DNA of 64,000 bases, from the NCBI GenBank assembly GCA_963695545.1, contig OY968796.1, positions 640,001 through 704,000 on the forward strand. The letters run 5' to 3'. Within the stretch, counting starts at the first letter, position 1; each line of letters begins with the position of its first letter. This DNA comes from Terriglobia bacterium. Its GTDB lineage: Bacteria > Acidobacteriota > Terriglobia > Acidiferrales > UBA7541. Below the pieces are notes generated by a model. That model was not told the origin of the DNA, ran no database searches, and saw only the letters and a program-made list of their open reading frames with translations. Below are positions 58,472 through 64,000 of this stretch, piece by piece. A program made the position numbers and the translations under genes.

Positions 58472-58544
58472 AGCTGGCGGAGGGATTTGAACCCCCGACC
58501 CTCTGATTACAAATCAGATGCTCTACCAACTGAGCTACGCCAGC
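58472..58544 (-). tRNA. tRNA-Thr (TGT), CCA end not encoded
   Basis: GCTGGCG...TTTGTAA...GGTTCAAATCC...CGCCAGC-T, followed by GAG. Confidence 0.96.
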
Positions 58545-58574
58545 ACCGTTCAAACTCAAGGTCCAAACCTACGA

Positions 58575-58603
58575 AGAATATCAAATGGGCACGCAAATTG
58601 CAA
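58575..58603 (-). promoter_or_regulatory. Putative sigma-70 promoter of the tRNA-tuf operon
   Basis: TTGCAA-N17-TATTCT with an extended -10 TG. Confidence 0.65.
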
Positions 58604-58770
58604 CGACGCGCATGCCCGCGCCAGCACTTCCAAGGCCAGTCTAATATATTGTGTCTCTGATTTGCCTATTCTACTCCCACTGCCCACCCCGGCGCAAGTG
58701 GCACTTTAACATTCCCCCGCTCACGCACTCCGGCCTTTCCTCGCGCTGGGCACAGTGAGACAATGCGCTC

Positions 58771-59832
58771 GTGACCCGCACCCGCAGATCGTTCGCCGTG
58801 ATTGGAATCGCCGTGCTGGCTGGCGGAACGGCCCTCCTCGCCGCAGGGCACCGCCTCGGATGGCGCTTGCTTGAGCCTGCAAAGATGGCTTCGGCGCCGG
58901 AACTCGCGGCGCTGGCCCCGCCAGATTCCAATCTGGTTGTTTTCGCGAATGTGGCCGCGTTGCGCGCGTCGCCGCTTCTCGAACAGTTGAAGAGCCTCGC
59001 TCCTTCGCCCACCCCGGACCCGGACTACGCCGCCTTCGTGCGCGCTACCGGCTTCGACTACGAGCGCGATCTCGATAGCGTGCTTCTCGCATCGCACCAG
59101 GCCGGCGACAAAACGGAAGTCGTTGCCATCGCCGAAGGACGCTTCGACCGTCAGAAAATTCGCAGCTACGCGCTCGCCAACGGCAGACTCGAACGCCACA
59201 ACGGCGTTGACGTCTACCTTCTCCCCTCAGGCACTCCCGGAAGCCCGCAAGCGAAAACCATCGCCATGGCGTTTTTGAGTGACACGCGCGTGGCAATTTC
59301 CGACAGCGGAAATCTCGATGCGTTTCTCGCCGCGCCGGATTCTGCGCGCACCGCGCAAGCCCTCGCGGCTGCGGGAGAGCCTTCGCTCGACGAGCGAGTT
59401 TCGCACGTCGGCGACGCGCCGCTATTCCTCGTCACGCGCGTGCCGGACGAGCCCGATAATTGGGCGCCGGGCGGCGTGCACTCCGATCAGCTGAACGATC
59501 TGGTTCGCTCGGTTCGCTGGGTCGATTTGAAAGTCGATCCGCTACCGGACCATCTCCACGTCACGCTCGAAGGCGAATGCATCGATCCGGAAAAGGCCGC
59601 GTCGCTCGAAGGAACATTGACCGGCCTGCGCTTTTTGGCCGAAGCCTACATCGGCACGCCCGGCGCACAAAAGCAAATGGACGCGAAGGACCTGGCGCTC
59701 GCCCGGCAATTGCTCGATAGCGCCGTCGTCACGCACAACGACCGCTGGGTCTCGCTCAGCGTCGATTTAAATCAGGATTTGCTGAAATCCGGATTGCAGT
59801 CCGCGCAGCACGGCCCGCCGCAACAGAAATAA
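58771..59832 (+). CDS. Membrane-anchored or exported hypothetical protein
   Basis: N-terminal hydrophobic segment; long ORF with normal codon style; no family recognised. Confidence 0.75.
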   Translation: MTRTRRSFAVIGIAVLAGGTALLAAGHRLGWRLLEPAKMASAPELAALAPPDSNLVVFANVAALRASPLLEQLKSLAPSPTPDPDYAAFVRATGFDYERDLDSVLLASHQAGDKTEVVAIAEGRFDRQKIRSYALANGRLERHNGVDVYLLPSGTPGSPQAKTIAMAFLSDTRVAISDSGNLDAFLAAPDSARTAQALAAAGEPSLDERVSHVGDAPLFLVTRVPDEPDNWAPGGVHSDQLNDLVRSVRWVDLKVDPLPDHLHVTLEGECIDPEKAASLEGTLTGLRFLAEAYIGTPGAQKQMDAKDLALARQLLDSAVVTHNDRWVSLSVDLNQDLLKSGLQSAQHGPPQQK

Positions 59833-59856
59833 CTTCAATAACTGGGTTTTGAATTC

Positions 59857-60756
59857 TTAATCGCCGGCGACGGTCGTCCGCAGGTAGCGCATCGGATTAA
59901 CCGGCGCGCCATTGATTCGCACTTCATAGTGCACGTGCGGCCCGGTCGAGCGCCCGCTGACGCCGACGTACCCGATCACGTCGCCGCGATTCACGCGCTG
60001 CCCCGGCGTCACATTAAACGCCGAAAGATGTCCGTAAAACGTGGTCACTCCGAATCCGTGGTCCAGCACCACCAGGCGCCCATAGCCGACGTGCTCTTCC
60101 GCGCCGACCACCACGCCATCGGCCGTAGCGCGCACGGCCGTGCCGTACGGCACGGAAATGTCCACGCCCGTGTGGAACGCGCCCTCACCACTGAACGGGT
60201 CAAGCCGCTCGCCGAATCCGGCCGTCAGATGCCCGACCACCGGCCACAACGACGGCGTAAATTCGGAATCGGCCATGGTCGGCTCGGGCATCAACGTCAT
60301 CCCGGTATTCTCCACGGCCACCGCCGAGGCGTTTCTCTCCAGAAATTGGTATTGCGCGACGGATCGATTGAAGGCCGTTTCGGTTTCAGGTGGCGGAGTG
60401 TCGCCGGCAAATGGACTCTGCGGCAAGCGCATGATCCCGTACGTCATGGCCACTTCGGTGGCGAGCGATTGCAGCGAATCCAGGCGCTGATCCGTATCGA
60501 CCACCGTGCTCTGCAGCTGCTTGTACTGGCGTTGCAGCGTATCCTGCTGGCGGCGGAGCGTGTTGTAGTCGCCGACCTTCCAAAGCATCCGGCTGTACGA
60601 GCCAACCGCCGCAACCACCGTGATTCCGCCCACAATCGCAAGAATCGCAAGCACATGCACGGCGTAAATCGGCACGCTGACCTTGCGCATGGTTCCGCGC
60701 CGGTTCGAGGCCAGAAAAAATGTATATGTCTCAGGCTTCAACTTTCGCTGCCTCAA
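59857..60756 (-). CDS. M23 family metallopeptidase with TM and coiled coil
   Basis: FHTGVDI, GYGRLVVLDH, YGHLS, GRSTGPHVHYEVR. Confidence 0.95.
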   Translation of the reverse strand: MRQRKLKPETYTFFLASNRRGTMRKVSVPIYAVHVLAILAIVGGITVVAAVGSYSRMLWKVGDYNTLRRQQDTLQRQYKQLQSTVVDTDQRLDSLQSLATEVAMTYGIMRLPQSPFAGDTPPPETETAFNRSVAQYQFLERNASAVAVENTGMTLMPEPTMADSEFTPSLWPVVGHLTAGFGERLDPFSGEGAFHTGVDISVPYGTAVRATADGVVVGAEEHVGYGRLVVLDHGFGVTTFYGHLSAFNVTPGQRVNRGDVIGYVGVSGRSTGPHVHYEVRINGAPVNPMRYLRTTVAGD

Positions 60757-61043
60757 TTTTTTCTTGCGATCGGGATAAGGCGCATCTTATACCCGGTATT
60801 TATTTGCTTCCCGGTTTGGCACCCGATGCCGCACCCGGGAGCGCCTTGACTGAGCCGAACAACTGTTTGGACCGCGAGCCCTGGTCCGAAACCCGGACCA
60901 GTGTAGGTAAGGCTCTATCGGCCCGTCAACCTCTATTTGCCTACCTGTGGAAGCTTCCGGGCACGATTCGTACGCGTTACCCGGCGCCTTCGCAAGTGTG
61001 CGAAGATGAAAACACATTATCCGGGCTCAAAACAACTGTCCTA

Positions 61044-62039
61044 ATGAACAAAGAAGATCAGCTGATCGAGCGGATTCAGAGGCGGCTGAAAGTCCGCACC
61101 GGCCTGGTACTCGACCAAGCCGTGCTATCAGTCGGCCCCGGCGACGATGCCTGCGTGCTGCGCGCAACGCGCGGCCACGAATGGGTCGCGAGCGCGGACG
61201 CGTTTATCGAGAACGTCCATTTCGTCCGGCGCCTACATCCACCGGCGTCAATCGGTTACAAGGCGCTCGCGCGCGCCGCAAGCGATCTCGCGGCCATGGG
61301 CGCCGCCCCGCGCTGCTTCCTCCTCGGCTTGGCCCTCCCCGCGCGTTCGACTTCGCGATGGCTCGATGGTTTCCTCGATGGCATGGCCCGCGCCGCGCGC
61401 AAATTCGGCATGGCCTTGGCCGGCGGCGACACATCCCGGGCGCGCGCGATCGCGATCAACCTCACCGTTTTGGGCGAAGTCCAAACCGGCCGAGCCATCC
61501 ACCGCTCGGGTGCGCGCCCCGGCGACCGGATCTTCGTTACCGGCCGCCTCGGCGCCGCGCAATTGGGCCTCGAAATAGTTTTGCGTGGCCTATCACGGCG
61601 CGCTGACCTGCGCCGCTACCTCACGCCCCACCTTTTCCCCAGCCCGCCAATCGCGCTCGGCCAATGGCTCGCGCGTCACGCACTCCCCAGCGCCATGATG
61701 GACCTATCCGACGGCCTATCGACCGACCTCAATCGCCTCTGCCGTTCAAGCGGCGTCGGCGCGCGCATTCGAGAAGCGCGCCTGCCGATGGTCAGCGTTC
61801 CCGAATCGCTGCGCCGTCGCGGCATTGACGCCCCGAATCTGGCGCGCGATGGCGGCGAAGATTACCAGCTCCTCTTCACCGCGCCCGCTCGAGCAGCGCG
61901 AAACATTCCCGGCACACACGCTGGCGTGCGCATCACCGAAATCGGCGAAATCGTTCGTGGCCGCGGCGTTTCCATCGTCTCAGCCGCGGGAAAATCCTCG
62001 CCGCTAACGCCCCGCGGCTGGGACCACTTCGCCCGCTGA
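61044..62039 (+). CDS. thiL: Thiamine-monophosphate kinase
   Basis: GPGDDAC, ENVHF, SDLAAMGA, GGDT, RSGARPGD, MDLSDGL, GGEDYQLLFT, GWDHF. Confidence 0.95.
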   Translation: MNKEDQLIERIQRRLKVRTGLVLDQAVLSVGPGDDACVLRATRGHEWVASADAFIENVHFVRRLHPPASIGYKALARAASDLAAMGAAPRCFLLGLALPARSTSRWLDGFLDGMARAARKFGMALAGGDTSRARAIAINLTVLGEVQTGRAIHRSGARPGDRIFVTGRLGAAQLGLEIVLRGLSRRADLRRYLTPHLFPSPPIALGQWLARHALPSAMMDLSDGLSTDLNRLCRSSGVGARIREARLPMVSVPESLRRRGIDAPNLARDGGEDYQLLFTAPARAARNIPGTHAGVRITEIGEIVRGRGVSIVSAAGKSSPLTPRGWDHFAR

Positions 62040-62098
62040 CACCTCGCCGCGGGCAATTTGAAAAAGAACTTGGCTAATTCGGCCCGATGAATTGGGAC

Positions 62099-64000
62099 TC
62101 AGCGTTCCGCGGAGGCTGGCTCTGGAATTCCGTTTGCCAACAACTTAGCGAACAGCTCGGCGGGCACGGCGCGGCTGAAATAAAAGCCCTGCGCCTCGTC
62201 GCACTGTCGCGCTTGAAGAAATGCCACCTCTTCTTGCGTCTCCACGCCTTCCGCAACCACGCGCAGGTTCAGGCTCCGGCCCATGCTGATCATCGCGGTC
62301 ACGATGGAGGTTTCGTCCGGAGCGTTGGTGATCTGCCACACAAACGACCGGTCGATTTTCAGGGAGTCCATCGAGAACTTTCTCAGGTAACTCAAGCTCG
62401 AATAGCCCGTGCCGAAGTCGTCCACCGCCAGTTGCACTCCCGTGGCTCTCAGCGCCTTAAGGATGGATTCGGTCGACGCCGGGCGCTTCATCAGCACGCT
62501 TTCCGTCAGTTCCAGTTCCAGAAATCTCGGGTCCAGCCCCGATTCCTTTAGGATTGCGAATATGCCTTCAAGAAATTTCTCGTTCCGGAACTCCATCGCG
62601 GAAACGTTCACCGCCATTGAAATCGGCGGAAGCCCCGCATCTATCCAGGCGCGCGTCTGCGCGCACGCTTCGCGCAGAACCCATTTGTCGATGGCCAGAA
62701 TCAACCCGGAATCCTCGGCAACGGGGATGAATTTCGCCGGAGAAATGGCGCCTCGCTCGGGATGCGTCCAGCGCAGCAGCGCTTCCGCGCCGGTAATCTC
62801 TCCGCTCCTGAGATTCACCTTCGGCTGGTACACCAGCGAGAATTCCTGGCGCTCCAGCGCGCGCCGCAAACTCTCCTCAATGGATTGCCGCGCTACGGCG
62901 CGCACATTCATCGCCGGCTTAAAGAACTGATAGCCCTGCCGCCCATTTTCCTTGGCCTGATACATCGCGGTGTCCGCGTTCTTAATCAGCGTTTCCGCAT
63001 CCCGGCCGTCATCGGGATAGACGCTCACGCCGATGCTCGCCGTGACGTGAAGTTCATGCTCGTCGATCGAATGGGCTTCCGCCACCTCGTGCAGCATTCT
63101 TCGGGCGGTAATCGCGGCGTCTTCCTGATGCGCCATTTCGGAAAGCAGCACCACGAACTCATCGCCGCCCTGCCGGCTCACCGTGTCCGTCGCGCGCACG
63201 CAGTTCACCAGGCGTTTGGCGATGGATTGAAGCAGTTTGTCGCCGATCGCGTGTCCCAGGGAGTCGTTGATGTGTTTGAAGCCGTCCAGATCCAAAAACA
63301 GCACCGCGATTTTCTTGTTCAGGCGCGGCGCGAAAACCGTCGCCTGGTTCACCCGGTCGTTCAGCAGCATGCGATTCGGCAAGCCCGTCAGAAAGTCGTG
63401 CTGCGCGGAATAGCTCAGATGCGCTTCGCTCGCGCGCAAAGCCTCGGTTCGTTCCGCAACGCGCCCCTCCAAATCCGCGTTGAGTGTGCGGATTTCGGTT
63501 TCCGCCGCGCTGCGCTGCGCGTACTCCATATTCATTTTTCGGGTGTTCAGCCACACCAGCACGCCGAAAACGACCACGCTCGACGTGCTATAGATCGCCA
63601 GACCTAGATCCGTGCCATACCATCCCGCCCGCTCGCCGCGCAAGCATAGCCAGCCCAGTAGAAGCGGCATGAAAATGATCGCCGGGAGAAATCGACGCGC
63701 CATCACGCTGCCAGACCCTTCGCCGGTCAGATCGCCGGCGATGCCGCTGCGGGGCCGGGCGAAGAAAACAGCTGCGCCCAACAAAAACAGAACCGCGGCC
63801 ATGGGCATCGGGATCCGGGTATACAGCCAGATTTTATTTAGCGCCGTTGCGCGATAGACGTATCCGGTGACGGCGATCAGCGCCGCCAGCATGGGCCACA
63901 AGCTCAGACCCTGCGAGGGCCGTCGCCCGCGCTTCGTCTTCCACTCCAAAAGTAAGAGCGCCAACCCGATCGTCAATAAGGCCCCGGACGAAGTCGGCGA
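62099..64000 (-). CDS. Membrane-bound GGDEF-EAL diguanylate cyclase/phosphodiesterase (5'-partial)
   Basis: HDFLTGLPNR, QGGDEF, AEALLRW, DDFGTGYSS, VAEGVE; the frame stays open to the window edge. Confidence 0.95.
   Translation of the reverse strand, partial: SPTSSGALLTIGLALLLLEWKTKRGRRPSQGLSLWPMLAALIAVTGYVYRATALNKIWLYTRIPMPMAAVLFLLGAAVFFARPRSGIAGDLTGEGSGSVMARRFLPAIIFMPLLLGWLCLRGERAGWYGTDLGLAIYSTSSVVVFGVLVWLNTRKMNMEYAQRSAAETEIRTLNADLEGRVAERTEALRASEAHLSYSAQHDFLTGLPNRMLLNDRVNQATVFAPRLNKKIAVLFLDLDGFKHINDSLGHAIGDKLLQSIAKRLVNCVRATDTVSRQGGDEFVVLLSEMAHQEDAAITARRMLHEVAEAHSIDEHELHVTASIGVSVYPDDGRDAETLIKNADTAMYQAKENGRQGYQFFKPAMNVRAVARQSIEESLRRALERQEFSLVYQPKVNLRSGEITGAEALLRWTHPERGAISPAKFIPVAEDSGLILAIDKWVLREACAQTRAWIDAGLPPISMAVNVSAMEFRNEKFLEGIFAILKESGLDPRFLELELTESVLMKRPASTESILKALRATGVQLAVDDFGTGYSSLSYLRKFSMDSLKIDRSFVWQITNAPDETSIVTAMISMGRSLNLRVVAEGVETQEEVAFLQARQCDEAQGFYFSRAVPAELFAKLLANGIPEPASAER

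Noticed and set aside
60760..61043. Possible TPP riboswitch upstream of thiL
   Set aside because: A CTGAG is present but the CTGAGA...ACCTGA...GCGTAGG-type core is not.

Overview
GC-rich bacterial chromosomal window, most likely Acidobacteriota (inferred from the Cys-rich insertion in RpoB, the PadR plus membrane-protein pair, the Zn-ribbon XRE regulator and the style of the intergenic repeats). There are two core blocks on the minus strand: rimP-nusA-infB-DUF503-rbfA-truB (3.4-10.4 kb) and tRNA(Thr,Tyr,Thr,Gly)-tuf-rpmG-tRNA(Trp)-secE-nusG-rplKAJL-rpoBC (44-58.6 kb). Between and around them are accessory genes: a secretin with seven FG-GAP repeats inserted in its barrel domain, two GH28 hydrolases, a DUF2934 tandem duplication, a SAM-II-riboswitch-controlled ThrC-like/MoaD-like operon, a solo Cas4-like nuclease, a PEP-CTERM-like/TPR pair with a sigma-54 promoter, a cytochrome c/Cu-monooxygenase fusion, ispG-gatCA, c-di-GMP and two-component signalling genes, an M23 peptidase and thiL. 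No CRISPR array, transposase, integrase or rRNA was seen. The best leads are: (1) a dispersed non-coding element (copies at 2-82 and 31421-31501) whose complete copy sits behind its own near-consensus sigma-70 promoter with no gene to drive; (2) the secretin carrying a beta-propeller; (3) the SAM-II riboswitch plus terminator controlling a probable sulfur-carrier route to homocysteine; (4) a duplicated leader that is better conserved than the DUF2934 genes it precedes. All calls come from reading motifs by eye; no database searches were run.
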